Positions 36,571-49,531 of a stretch of DNA of 64,000 nucleotides are shown here, in pieces. Under the pieces are notes generated by a model. The model was not told the DNA's origin, made no database searches, and worked only from the letters and a program-made list of their open reading frames with translations. The first letter of the stretch is position 1. Each line of letters opens with the position of its first letter. Where the stretch lies: contig LVLI01000346.1 of assembly GCA_001687465.1 (NCBI GenBank), positions 62,001 to 126,000 of the forward strand. The letters are read 5' to 3'. This DNA comes from Halocafeteria seosinensis (taxonomy: Eukaryota). A program made the translations under genes and the position numbers.

Positions 36571-36897
36571 AGACCAGAGTTTGGTCTGCGGCAGTACGTG
36601 GCGGCTGTGTCATCGACGGGAAACCTGGCCGAAGCCAGGCAAGTGGAGGTGTTGAGTTTGACTTAGTTCGAATTCTGCTTTTGCATCCGTCATCGCCTTA
36701 AAGACACACGTCCGACTGACACCGCAGTACGGGCGGACTCACTCAGCTGCTAGCAGAGTTCCAGTGTACAAAGACGGGGAGGTGAACTTCTGCAACGCTC
36801 TGCATACTGAGAGTTGGCTGTAGCGGCTTGCGGTTCAGAGTGTCAGGAGTCGACGGGTTCGTTGAACTGTTGCACTGAAAGTTAGCCGCACGCTTTT
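36571..36897 (+). ncRNA. Candidate structured non-coding RNA, family unassigned
   Basis: Dense stem-loops in an ORF-free intergenic region, several using G-U pairs on the + strand, ending in TTTT at 36894-36897 (see findings). Confidence 0.3.
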
Positions 36898-37465
36898 GGT
36901 GACTAGGCACTATGAAGAGTCTTCATGTCGATGACTTTTGTTTATTTGGCGTATCTTTCTGTATAGTGCCTTGGAAGTAGATCGTACCGGTGAATTACCG
37001 ATTGGAACTGCAAATATCAGGCAGTGAGCCTTTGCAACTTCTGTTAAGTTACATATATGAAGAAATCTTGTTCGAAATACCTTTAAGGGACTTGCGAGAC
37101 AACAAGGATTCTTTTTCTGACACGGGAATTCTTGCTACTTCGCAAGTAGTAACACGATATCATTTAAAACCTCGAGCTATAATTTATTAAAAATAACACA
37201 TTTGTTTCTTTTCGGAGCATGGATCAACTGAATTTGTGCCTAAGAGTTTTGAAAATTCCTCAGAAAACAAGAATTGTTGCCTTCCTGTCCCGTAAGGATA
37301 TTCTTTGCATGTCTTGTATATATTGCAAGCTTGAAAGATTTTATCTGAATGCCATATTTGTCCGATTTGCTGGAGCATAGATCAATACGAGTTGCAAGAT
37401 GTCTGTAGGTCGTGGAACCCCGTATACACGGAGGAAAATAATTTCTGAGACGGAACGGCCAAGTA

Positions 37466-38801
37466 TCAGACATATCCCAGGCGCTGAAGATATCGGTACT
37501 GATCGGGTATTTCCATAAGGGCGGCCAATGCGAACGAAGCCTGAAATGAACCATGTAACACCTCAACAATATCTTCCAATACCGGAGATGGAGATGTAGT
37601 CCTTACCTCCTTATGGACAGAACGCTCCATAATCCGATGAAAGGGAACAAACTGAAAATTGTCAAATTTTCTTTCAGGCAACTCATCATCGAACTCCTCC
37701 ATAGAATCCCACGGTCCATCGCCTACCTGAATTGCAGACATGGAAGAGGCTTTTTGTGCGAAACTGCGACTATAAACAGGTAGTGAGCAACACTTACTCC
37801 GACCATTACTATACTCAGAGGGTAGTTTGATGCATCGACTATAGCATTTATCGTATCTTTTCTTCGAATGACTTGACCATCCTGGTAAAGAACGAATTGC
37901 AATCAAAGAATGCCACGCAAGTAACTAGAGGTGGCAATCGAACTGCGTTACTTACGGCAATGATGACCAAAATATGATAGCCTCCCGATGACTTGGTAAT
38001 TTCAATTGCTTGTCGAATCAAAGGGGCAAAGTTTGTGGGGCCGCTAAGTCTAACCCTTGGAGTCACCTCATTATACCTTTCCATTACTTCTTTGAAACCC
38101 TTGCAGAGCTTCTTCCCATGCAATGCAAACACAGCGTCCCCTTGTGTTCGCTCGTCTCCAAAACCGTAAACTGTGCTTTTGTGGTAACTTGTACACGATC
38201 ATGTATTCACGTTCAGACAGACGATTCACACATACCAGGAATAAGTTCATCATCGTCTAAGCTTTCCAGTGTCTTCCCTAAGATCTTGATTACTGATTGA
38301 TAAGGATTAAGTTCGCTCGATGATAAGCTGTGCAAACTCCGTCCACCGAAAGTTTTTCTCCCCATTGATTCATTGCTCGTCGTATAATCAATGCCTATTA
38401 TCTGCAAAACTAAATAATTCCGAGTATTTCATGTAGATACTCTTTACCAAAACGGGTAGCAATGACTAACCAAATTGCTGCTCTCGAGTCCCGCAGCTCG
38501 TAACGCTGCAACAGTTCAAAGACGGTAGCAAAGTGTGGAAATAACTAATCTCTTGAAGTGTTAAACTTCGAACACATGCCTCACTTACCTTCGGTTACTT
38601 CCTCGAGAGTCTTGTATTTATCAACTGCGAAGGAGATAGCGCATGGAAGCCACACGAGGAATTCGAGAGTGTAGGCACGACACGTGGCTTACCAATTTTC
38701 TCGAAAGTTCCCGATTTGCTAGTTTTCTGTGTGTGCTTCACGTTGGCAAATAAGACCATCAACCCAACCAAAAATATGACCAGGGCTATGAACCCGCCCA
38801 T
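37466..38801 (-). CDS. Copine/RGLG-type vWA-domain protein with N-terminal TM segment, no RING (multi-exon)
   Basis: [87 protein letters not shown]. Stop follows the vWA domain directly. Confidence 0.88.
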
Positions 38802-39239
38802 CGATGTATCACTCTGCATTATATACATCACCAGTGTCGTCCACGTTCGGAAGTTCAACTTGGAACGTAACTCTGTATGATCTGGTTGTGGAGAGAATCT
38901 TCCACTAGAAATACTGATCAAGGAAATAATTGACGTGAGTGAGTCTTGATCAATGATTCAATGCAATGAATGAAACCCATAGCACCAGCATGGCAAAACC
39001 CCACTTGTTGTGAAGGTCAACTAGCACCTAAGATTGTTTGCTGCCTTACGTGTCGCTTCATAAGGCTCTACACTGTAGAGTCTAGACTACAGGTAGGCAA
39101 TAGCCAATTTTCGATCAGTAGTTAGTAGTCAGCTCGTACATCTTCCCCACGTTTTCAGTTGAGTGGGCGATTGTTGTCAGACTCGTGCTGCGTGACCCAG
39201 AAAGGCTGAGGTGGTGTCCCAAATTCCCAAGCCTATATA

Positions 39240-39895
39240 ATGAGTGGCAGGTCACTCTCAGCCCTCTTGAGGGGCTCAGTATCCCCTCATACTCCCTCAC
39301 CTTCGATGATGCTGAGAAAAAAATCTGGGAAACGAAAAATGACGGCGACAATGCGCCGTAAACTACAGAGGCGTGCCCAAATCACACAGCTTCCGCCGAT
39401 TTCCCTGGCAGAATCAAAGAGGAATGAGTTTTTTATCAAGTGTCTGGATGTTGCAAAGAAAGAAAGGTAAATGCGCACATTATTTTAGTGGCATGCCGTC
39501 CTTGTGAGCATTCACTGCCACGTCTTCCCCGCAGACCGGAGTGGGACTCGGAGCAATTGGAGAGAGATCGAGAGGTAGCTCGGGAATACCAGAAGAAGAT
39601 GACACAAAGGCATCACATACATCAAAGGGATCTAGAACATAAGCATTTAATGAAGATGCTTGCTATCTCTGCGCTTCCTAAGAAGTCTATGCAGTTAGAT
39701 GCGGTTACAGTAACAGATCCGAACATGCCACTTTCTATACGCCCACCGACATACACGCCGCCTCATGCAGGATGGCAGCGGCCCCCAGATGCGGTTGTAG
39801 CAGAAATGAGTGATGATGAAGGAGGAAGGGATGAAGGTGGAGACATGAGCGAAGACTGGAGTGACTCGGACGATGAACAGGAAATGAAGCATTGA
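39240..39895 (+). CDS. MRPL40: Mitochondrial ribosomal protein mL40-like (2 exons)
   Basis: Basic presequence; C-terminal ALP...DA...MPLSIRPPTYTPP motif characteristic of mL40. Confidence 0.7.
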
Positions 39896-40038
39896 ATGCC
39901 ATACAGACCAAAGGATTCAGAGAGATCTGTTTACACAGCAGACAGTAGACTAAGGCTCAAACACGATTGCTATCTTGGTCTAACACGGTGAACTCAATCC
40001 TCGTGCCAACTCTTTCAAACACAGCTCTAACGCAGTTT

Positions 40039-42674
40039 CTACTCTTCATCACTATCACGATGAATCTGTTGTTCCCACATGGATCTGTAAACCCCTCGCT
40101 GTTGCAAAAGCTCTGCGTGGGTGCCACGTTCCACTACTCTTCCAGCATCTAAGACAACTATTTCTGCGGGTCAAACGGCATCATAGCTACTACAAAGATA
40201 TTTGTAATGAATTAGTGTTCCGAAAATGTACTTACCATCTGCTTCCTTGATAGTTGAAAGTCTATGAGCTATTATCATAGTGGTCTTGCCTTCAGATAAG
40301 GTCCACAACGATTCCAAAATTGATGACTCGGTTGAAGAGTCGAGCGCTGACGTTGCTTCGTCGCAAAGTAGGATTGGAGCATCCTTAAGCATTGCCCGGG
40401 CTATGGAAATCCGCTGCTTTTCTCCACCACTGAGTTTTAGCCCACGTTCGCCTACGTGAGTATTATACTGGTTAGGCATGTTCATAATGCTTTCATGAAT
40501 CTGGGCTCGTTTAGCGACTTCATATACCTGCTGCTCCGAAGCTGTTAAATCTCCATATGCGATATTGTAATATATTGTGTCATTAAACAAGACGGTGTCT
40601 TGAGGCACAACTCCTATAGCCTTGCGTAGTGAAGCTAATTTTACATTGCGGATGTTTTGACCGTCAATGGTAATGTTGCCGCCCGTCGTTTCAAAGAATC
40701 GATACAGTAGCCTTACAAGTGTGCTCTTTCCGCAGCCAGACGTCCCAACAATCGCTACCGTCTTACCTGCTGGAACCTGAAGATTGATACCTTGCAGCAG
40801 CTCTGAAACCTCAGAATATCCAAACCGTACGTCATTGAATTCGATGCTACCTGAATTTCGAGGCAGCTGCTTCACGGATGCCACCCCTTCATAACGCGAT
40901 ATTTCTCGCTGAACCGAAGTCTTGTCTTTATCTTCCCCCAGGTAGACCATTTCTTCCTCCGGGCTTGGTAACAGGGAGACTCCACCAATAGACAGGGGAG
41001 GAGAGTTGTGGTCCTGAATTACTTCGGACTGTGTCGAGCGCAACGCAAACATTGCTTCCATATCCACAAAGGCTTGTCTTAAGTCTCGGTAGACGCTTCC
41101 AATAAAATTAAGCGGTACAGAAAGTTGGAACAATAGTCCATTGACCAGAACCAAGTCACCAACGGACATATTTCCTTTCACTATTCCGTCGGCAGCCATT
41201 AACATGATCCCTGTCAACCCAGCACTAAAGATGGCGTTTTGACCGAAATTCAGCAACGAGAGGGAACTTTGAGTTTTTAATGCTGCCTGCTGGTAGCCTT
41301 TAAGCGAACGATCATACTGCGCTGCCTCTTGCAGTTCGTTGTTGAAATACTTTACTGTTTCATAATTGATAAGGGAATCGACTGCTTTCGACGACGCTTC
41401 GTTCTCTAATTTGTTCATGTCTCTTCGAAACTGGGTCCTGTAGACTCGGAAGTAAGAAAAACAATAAAAACACATATATGCAATGCAGGTTATCAACACA
41501 CTTCATACTCTTACCTCCACTGCGTGATCCCGACGGTGAAGGCAGTGTAACCGGCTAAAGTCGCAACTGTAACAGCAGCGTATTCCCACCCACACTTTGC
41601 TGCCAAAATCGATGATACCAATCCGATCTCAAGGATAGTTGGAACAACATTGAATGTCAGACTATTCAACACAAAATTAATGGAGCGAGATCCTCTGTCC
41701 ATTACCCGTGCAAGAGCGCCGGTTTGCCGATTCAGATGAAACCGCAGATCGAGAGCATGCAAATGGAGAAAAACATCGCGAGCTACCCGGCGAATAGCTC
41801 GTTGGGCCACAGTTGCAAAGATGGCATTTCGCAGCTCTTGCATTCCGGTAGCAGTACTTCTCGCGAGACCGTCTGCAATGGGCACATCTTGCAACCATCG
41901 GGGGCAATTCGCTTCCTCAGCTTTCATCAGGTAACTTACATCCAATGAGCATCGTTACAGGCACTGCCAGCATAACCTTCTTCATGTCTACATCGTTTTC
42001 TTCTCCTTGCTTGTCTGATTGGGCATTGTGTCTCCTTCCAGTTGCATCTCCGGTTGAGAACCCTTGATCATGCTCCAGTTCATCCGAATGTGATACAGTC
42101 ACGTTCAACTCATCTACTATGCGTTTAAAGATAAATGGCACCTGTACATTCAGCACCTTTGCTCCAACCAAAAGGGCAAGAGAAATAACTACTCTTGCTT
42201 TTAACTTTGTGTGTCCTTTCGGCCACAAATACTTTAGTAGAGTTCTGCAACCAATGCGTGACCCGCGTCCGACGTGATAAGCGCAAGTAACCAGAGACGA
42301 CAAAGTGCACGTACTGAATAATCTGTGAAGCCGAGTTATCTGCTGTGGGAGATGTAGGACCTCCTGTATTGGTCTTGGTGGACTGGAAGCGCTGGAATCC
42401 TCTGGCACCAGAGAGACTGCAAATTGCCATACCATTTTCCTACAATGAAATTCCGTGGCATTGATACGACTAATATAGCTCACCTATTCACGCGAAGATT
42501 GGGACATATTACCCTCTGAGAAGTGTATAAGTGGCTTCTGAAGCTGGAGGAGGAGTTTCCCCGAGACCGAAGTTGTTGGCACAAAGACACCCCTCTATTG
42601 CCATACAGAGACTGACCTATACGAGTTAGAGGCCAATAAGAGGGACCTCTAACTCTTCTCGCAATAGAGAGCAT
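40039..42674 (-). CDS. ATM1: Mitochondrial ABC half-transporter ATM1/ABCB7 (multi-exon)
   Basis: [43 protein letters not shown], Walker [26 protein letters not shown]. Last exon EIVVLDAG...DSDEE* ends at 40039. Confidence 0.95.
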
Positions 42675-43650
42675 CTCAAACGGCCGTTATCGAGCACACA
42701 AAGGGCTGAAAGAAGAGGTTCTGTCTGACAAACCTGGTCCTCCTGAGGACCTGAGATTCACAGGCTGAATCACACCCCTCAACTGATGTTCGCAGCACTA
42801 TGCAGCAAGATACGCTAAGCAAAAACAAAGGCCATCGGAGTGATAGAGATAATGGCACTCTCGGCAAGCGATCAAGCACACCAAACCTGAAATTTTAGGT
42901 AGGGCTCGGCTCTTTTTTTTTCCTTCGACACACACACACACACTTCGAACCGAGAGTACCAGGAAATTAACTTGTGAACACCATTTATTTTGTCATATTA
43001 TGCATGTTATATCAAAAACATTACCGTGCATGAGACGCATACTGTACGGACATATTGGCTTCTCCATGGGTCACATTTGAATGATTTGAATAACTAGGAC
43101 GAATCCCCGTCCGAGGACATCCTAGCTCCTTCTAGGCTGCCAGAAGGACTGTGCTTGTTGCAGAGTAAAGTACCCCTCCCATTCTGGAAAAGGATCTTAA
43201 ACGATGAATGGCCTGGGGCTAGGCACTTGCTCTGAGTATGACGAGCCTAGAACACAAGAACCGATCAACAGACAAAAAGGAGAAAGTACAATTGAGTATT
43301 AACGGTGGACAGTTGGTATGTCTAAGGACTCCAGAACTTCATAAATGCTTACTTCATCTACATTTATCTTTCAATCTTGTCGGATTTATAGCATCAAGAA
43401 ATATAGACGAACAAAACCCCTCATGATCAGTACAAATAGAGAGAAAGATCCCCAGATGAGAGAAGAAGCAGTACTACATACTCGAGCAGGTACTACAGAT
43501 ATTGCTCCATCCAACAAAGGAAAACGATTTCTCCCGCTTAAATGACGTATTTTTAGTCTCGGATTTGCTGAAGACGCCGTTCAAAGCACAGAGTATTTCA
43601 GGCTTTCACGTTCTGTTCTCTCCATAAAGTAGCATTCATTCTCACACTGA

Positions 43651-44297
43651 TTATGTGCCACTGTCATCCGCATTAGGGTTTTGTATAACAATCAGCAAAT
43701 ATTCTTTATCTGGAGTTAGGCCCTACAAAGAGGTGCAGCTACTGGCCAAAGCACACGCAGTAATGCTAGTGTATACGCACCTGGTGCAACCATTATCTCG
43801 TGTTTCTTCGATCGTACGCGGAGAAAGGAAAGTTCATCCTGAAGCACAGAGAACGAGAATTTTGGAAAAATACTAAGCAGTAAAGTTTAAATTTCCTGCA
43901 TCGAGTACCACTAACTGTCGAATCCATCGTTCTTACGGCGCTTCTCGCCATTCCACAAATCTGTGGATCCACAGCCAGAAAGAAAGGAATATCATCCGAG
44001 GAAGTCAGTGGTTAACTGTTTATGTATGGAGCTTACCCTAGCCATTTCTGATGCGTATTTACTGGTCTCATCAGCGGATAACGTGGATTTCAAAGCAATT
44101 CCATCGTGGTTGATGATAACGACTCCCTCTACACCTCTATGGGATTGGATCCTCTTTAACGTCTCCTCGACTTCCGTAGCCTGCACGGGCGCAACAGACA
44201 AGCATGTCCATCATGTTATGGGCATCAGTTTGAGGCTACAGAGGATGAAAAGCTGATGCTGCTATCTACACGTTAACCAAGGATCCTAGCTTACCAT
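43651..44297 (-). CDS. DYNLRB: Dynein light chain roadblock (multi-exon; first exon is the ATG only)
   Basis: M|ATEVEETLKRIQSHRGVEGVVIIN...; downstream exons DELSFLRVRSKKHEIMVAP and DKEYLLIVIQNP. ATG|GTAAG at 44297. Confidence 0.9.
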
Positions 44298-44593
44298 ATT
44301 TTTCCTCCTGTCTTCGTGTACACACCAGTCCCTACTTTGCTGTATAGTACTCTGTTTCGAGTACGAATGCGATCCATCAACACATTTCATGCATTCTTGT
44401 GTGGGAAAACTCAACTTATCTCACTAACGGTGCCGTCTGTGAACGTAGCGTAGTAGCCCTGCCAGAGTAGCTTGCACAAGCTCATGTTAGTTCGATTTTG
44501 TCATGTAATGTTTTACTTACCTATGAATTTGTAGAGGATACTGTTTTTCATCATTGAGCGAAGGAGAAAAGGCAGAGGCACGTTGTAGATATA

Positions 44594-45008
44594 ATGAGCA
44601 TCCTTCGATCGACAGCCTCGGAAGGCTCCCGGGTGGAGGACATTGCCGCCGCTGAAAACTTGCGCAAGTCTATGCATGATGAATATATGGTTAGGTTCTA
44701 CAAAGCGGCCATCGAACAGTAAGTCTCTACACCGCTGATTACTTTCTGTAGAGGGAATGATGGGAGATGTAGGAAGGTTAACTACAACTGACATCCTTGT
44801 TCTCTCATGCTCTTTACTCTTCCTGATTTTGCCATCCCACAGCAAACGCGTTAAGTACCTACCACGACCTCAGAGAAACCCAATGATAGCGCATAAACAC
44901 GGGTATCCCGTCCGAGCCATGGATAGCTGGCATGCCGCAAACAAGCTTCATAATGAATACCTGCGTGCTACGGAGGAGAGACGAGCACAGGGCAAAGAAA
45001 TATGGTAA
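44594..45008 (+). CDS. Small hypothetical protein (~96 aa, 2 exons)
   Basis: ATG at 44594; a GTAAGT (44719) to CAG (44842) intron joins in frame to HKRVKYLPRP...GKEIW*. Confidence 0.5.
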
Positions 45009-45804
45009 TTTCGATCTGCTAGAGAAAGGCTTGAGGTGACCGCTATGGTGGTGAGTGAACGCGACTGATTTAATTGTCTTGTCGAATAGGTTTGCATGGA
45101 AGATTTTCCTTTCCTGACTTCTCAGTGATCCACAAGGTTCATAGCGAGGATTAAGTGCCAGCTTTTGTTGGATCTCACTTGCTTTCGTTGAATTTTCGTT
45201 ATGGAATGCCAATAAAATGTTATTTCTAAAGGAGTTAGAGAACTACATACTCTGCGTGCATTTGTGTAGCGCAAAAATATCCTACCGGATGCCTTGTCCC
45301 AGAGTCCTACAGATAACTTGATATCACTTGCTCCTTCACACGATGAGTCACATCATCTCGGTGAGATTCCATTAAGGTTCAGCAAATCTTTCTTACAGAA
45401 CTAAAGGATTTCCTTCCACTTGTATCCGCGCAGCTTAGTTCTCACCAAGTTGCGCTGCAAATTCTTGTCGGTGAAGCATGGCCCATCTTCCCTGACTCCT
45501 TTAGCCGAAAAGCCTTGACAGGTTTACGACACAAAGGTAAAAAGTAAAGAACGCAAAAGATTGCATTGGTCCATTCAGTGCGTGCAATTGTACATATCAT
45601 TACAATTCCCGGTTGAAGTTGCATCCTTCCATCATTCACCGCAAGTTGAACATTGCTTCACATGCTGGGAGGCTTGTGTGTATTCAACTTGCTGGGATTT
45701 ACCGAGAGTTTGTTCCCTTATATGCAACCAAATTGGAACCGGAGTTGGCGCTTATGCCCTTATTCAGTTTGTGTGAACGAGTTGTTTTGGAATAAGTGGT
45801 AGCC

Positions 45805-48800
45805 ATGATTCATGTTCCTCTGAAGGCCACCAAACCTGTGCAGCTTCGGGAGCACTTGGAAAAGTATATCTCACGGAAATATGGCCAAGTAAGGCTGTTT
45901 TCGAGATTTATACAGTTTCTCATGTTGATTTTATCCCAAATTCACTTGGATTTGCCCCAATCGAAACGCTGCAGGATGAAATCAAACGCCAGGAATCGTC
46001 CATCTCCCATATCTCTGCTCTCCGAGAGACCATTGAAGGTGCTACGGACTGTACCCAGAGGACTCACGAGGCTCTAGTGGAGTAAGTGACTGTGTTTGTG
46101 AGAGCATATGACCTCGTTGCTGGAGCATTAACGTGATTCTACAATTTCGTTTGCTCGCAGATACTACTACCTCATTGATAAAGTGCAAGAGAAACTACCT
46201 TCCTCCAGAACTGAAGTAAGGTTGACTCGATGCAAGTAGATAAATACGCTGTAACTATCGTTGTGTGTGCAGCTACCACTTTTTTTTGCATGGTCCGATA
46301 CGCTGATACCTAATTCTTTTGTGGGTACGTGAACTTAAGACACCGCGACAGGAACGAGGAAGAGACATGTTCGTCACAATCGTGCAGGTCAATGGGACTG
46401 GATGTACGAGAAGGCGAATGTTTTATTTTGTATTGGGGCCTGGGAAACCGATCAGGCAGCTGAAATCGACCGTAATGTAGATGATGGTGCGAAGAGAGCA
46501 GCAAAACACTACATGGTTAGTTAGTGGTGCTATAGGTGAAACTTCCTCGGTGTTTAAGTCACGGATGTCTAATATTGCGCAGAATGCTGCAGCAGCTTTT
46601 CAGCACATTTATGATGTACTTTCCCAGAAACTGACCGGATCCACAACTGCCGATTTGGCTATCGAAAATCTACAGATGGTATGTGATACAAACTATCCTG
46701 GATTATGTTCTCATGATCTTATGCAACCATAACGTTCAGCTGTCCTCGGTCATGTTGGCCCAAGCCCAAACTTGTTTCTTTGAGCGTGCCCATACTACCA
46801 AAACCAAGCCACAGCTCCAAGCAAAACTTGCTATGGATGCTTCAGAATGCTATGCGCGGGCCAAGAGCTCTATCACCGTAAGTAGTCTGGGCGAGCAGGT
46901 GGGTACGCGACTAGTAGCATTTGTTGGCCAATGTATACAGCCAAAAATGGGATCTGTCTTGGCCAAGACGTTCGACTGGACGGCACATTTGGATTTTCAA
47001 GCACTCAGCTTTGAAGCTGCGGCGTGTTTTCAGCAAAGCAAAGCCTCCTTTGAGGAAGCCGAGCGGACTGGCTACCGCTTTGGCGACGAAATAGCATTTC
47101 TCCAACGAGCTGAAGTACGTGAAGTCCTTCACTGCGGCTTGGGGTACATTTTACCTGGTGAAACCACCTGCAGAGGTTGTTGACCACTGCCGTAGATATT
47201 GCGAGGAAGAAGAGCATACCACATTCAAGCGCAATGAAACTGCTAAACAGCGTTAGGAACCGAAAAACAGTATGTTTTGACTTACTCAAGTGATTATTCC
47301 CACATAGTACCAATACAGTTTGGTTGAGCTCCAACTCTCAGCAAGCCGAAGAGGATAACGTCAGCATCTACATGAGTCCAGTACCGGAACTGGATGAACT
47401 TCCGGAAATTGGGAGTGTGCACATGGCTAAACCTGTAAGTCTCCGACGTTCTGATTGGGTTCAGAGTGGTATACACTCCTATTGCTGCTTGTACAGGGGG
47501 CTGTCCCAGCCGCCCCAGAAGATTTGCAGCAGGTGTTTGGGACTCTTGTTCCTACTGAAGTTGCCAATAGTCGGTAAGCGAAGCTATTGTATGTGTGTGT
47601 AGTTATCATAAGTATACATTAAATATCGCAGTTCTGAGTTTGAACGGTGGCAAAATGATAAGGCTAGAGAGCTTCGTAGTGAAGCGGCGAACGAGTGCGA
47701 AACAACTAGAGGTGTTCTGGCTTCGCTTAATTTGCCTGGTGCACTTTCAGTAACGGAAACTTCAGAAGGAATACCGAAAGAGTTGCTGAATCGCATAGAT
47801 ATGGCACACACGAAAGGAGGCCTAGCGGAATTGCGAAGACTTCTTAAACTCAATCAGTCTTCATCGAAGAGAGTAAAGGAGCACTTGAGTGAGGTGAGTG
47901 CGCTCACACCACCTAATCGTTGGTCACTGATGTATCATGGTTAGCTCTCCATGTGCGGGCAGATACGATCCATGCTGAATGATGAAATAGAGGAGGATAA
48001 AAAATATCGAACTGATTACGGTGAACAATGGAATTGGTAAGCTAAGCTACTCCATTTGATGCCCTTAAGCTCCACTAACGTCTTTATTGTGATGGTCAGC
48101 ACTCCCGCGAAAGAGGTGTGCCAGTCGCAGTTCGAGAAGCTTCAACGTTTCGAGAAGGTTGCCGAGCAAGCGGCGGAAGCGGATCAAAAGGTTGCCCGTA
48201 AATTAGAGGATAACCAGAAAGATCTCGTATTTATTGACCAATCGAGGCAAGATTTGGAGAAGTTGGTCCCTGAGAGTGGGGAAACCGAGAAATTATCTCC
48301 CCAGTGCCAGGAAGTGAGAGATGATCTTCGCCAACGGCTTGACTCCCTTCAAGAACTTATGAGCGAGAGGGATGAAATTGTCGATAGGCATATAGTTTCC
48401 TCGTTGCCTCCTGAAAAAGTGGCGGAAATTTTTAGTAGAGCTGGTGCCTCGTCGAAGGATAAGACAATGGAAGTACGCGATTGCTTAATACCCGCTGATA
48501 GTGTGTCACTAAATTTCTGTATTGTCCTTCCTGTACAGCAATTGAAAAATCAAGTTCAAGAGGAAGAAGTCAAAGTAAGACATGAATTTTTCGAAGAAAT
48601 CCAAAAGCAAATGGAGTCCATACAAGTAAGAGCGTAATGTAATTGCTTGTTGTGTCCTCTGGTTCAGCCGAATTCACTGTGTGCAGTCATTATATGAGAG
48701 ATTCAATGATTTGAAAAAGAATAGTCCTGCTGCAACTGGTAGATTGAACGCTTTGCAGCGTCTGGAAAATGCTGTAGACAAGTTCGAAGAAGCGAAATCC

Positions 48801-49241
48801 AACTTGCGAGAAGGCGAAGGGTTCTATTTGGATTTCTTGAAACGCTTGGACCAACTTCGTCGGGAAGTTGCTGACCTTGTTTCCGCACGCGACATTGAGA
48901 GGAGAGAGACCTTAATGAGTCTTAGAAACGAAAACTCAACTTCACAATCTGGAGGACTGTCGTATTCGTTTGCTCAAATGGATTTAGATGGCGGAGGGAC
49001 CGCGGGTGCAACTGCTCCTCCAAGGGAGGAAGGCTATCCCCAAATGCCTACAAGTGGAAATGAAGGGCACAGCGGCTCAGCGTACCAGCATCAAGACCAC
49101 CAACAGAGCCAAGCCTATCACGAGCAGAACTACCATCCTCGCAATCCCTTCGCTGCTTCAGTATCTGCAAGTGGTCAGGAAGTTACAAGCTCTGGTCAAC
49201 AATTTCCTTACCAAACTGGAGGCAGGAGCCAGGCACCTTAA
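45805..49241 (+). CDS. BRO1: BRO1/ALIX ESCRT-associated protein (many exons)
   Basis: MIHVPLKATK start, FFAWSD, VREGECFILY-adjacent YEKANVLF exon, MLAQAQTCFFERA, RFGDEIAFL, EEDNVSIY, V-domain end NLREGEGFYLDF, Pro/Gln-rich tail. Confidence 0.88.
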
Positions 49242-49531
49242 GTTTAACCCGTAAAGTAAGGTCAAGTACAATAGTGCTCAAAAACACGCGGAATGGTACT
49301 TTCGCCAAAATGCTACTAACTCTCACACGTGATCTCGTTTTCCATGAGATTGCGTTTTTTGCACTTCTTCACAATCCTAACACCCAAATACCGTTGGCTC
49401 GCACTCCGTCGCACGTGATCCGACAGAGTGCAGCATTGACAAAAAACAAGATTTCCACGTGGTTTTTTCTTGTTATTTCTTTTGTCTCTCTCTCGTGTCA
49501 TTCTGTGTTGGTGTGCATTGGAGCTGCGAGA

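Noticed and set aside
36700..36750. Hammerhead-like CTGAGTGA-GTCCG...CGGAC on the minus strand
   Set aside because: Core spacing is wrong and the required GAAA after stem II is missing.
36774..36830. TPP riboswitch suggested by CTGAGA
   Set aside because: The downstream ACCTG and TAATG..GCG conserved elements are absent.
38100..38170. Apparent frameshift in the copine-like gene
   Set aside because: Recounting the C run shows [12 protein letters not shown] is in frame; the ORF breaks are introns.
42912..42942. Poly-T and (CA)n tract upstream of ATM1
   Set aside because: Ordinary short microsatellite.
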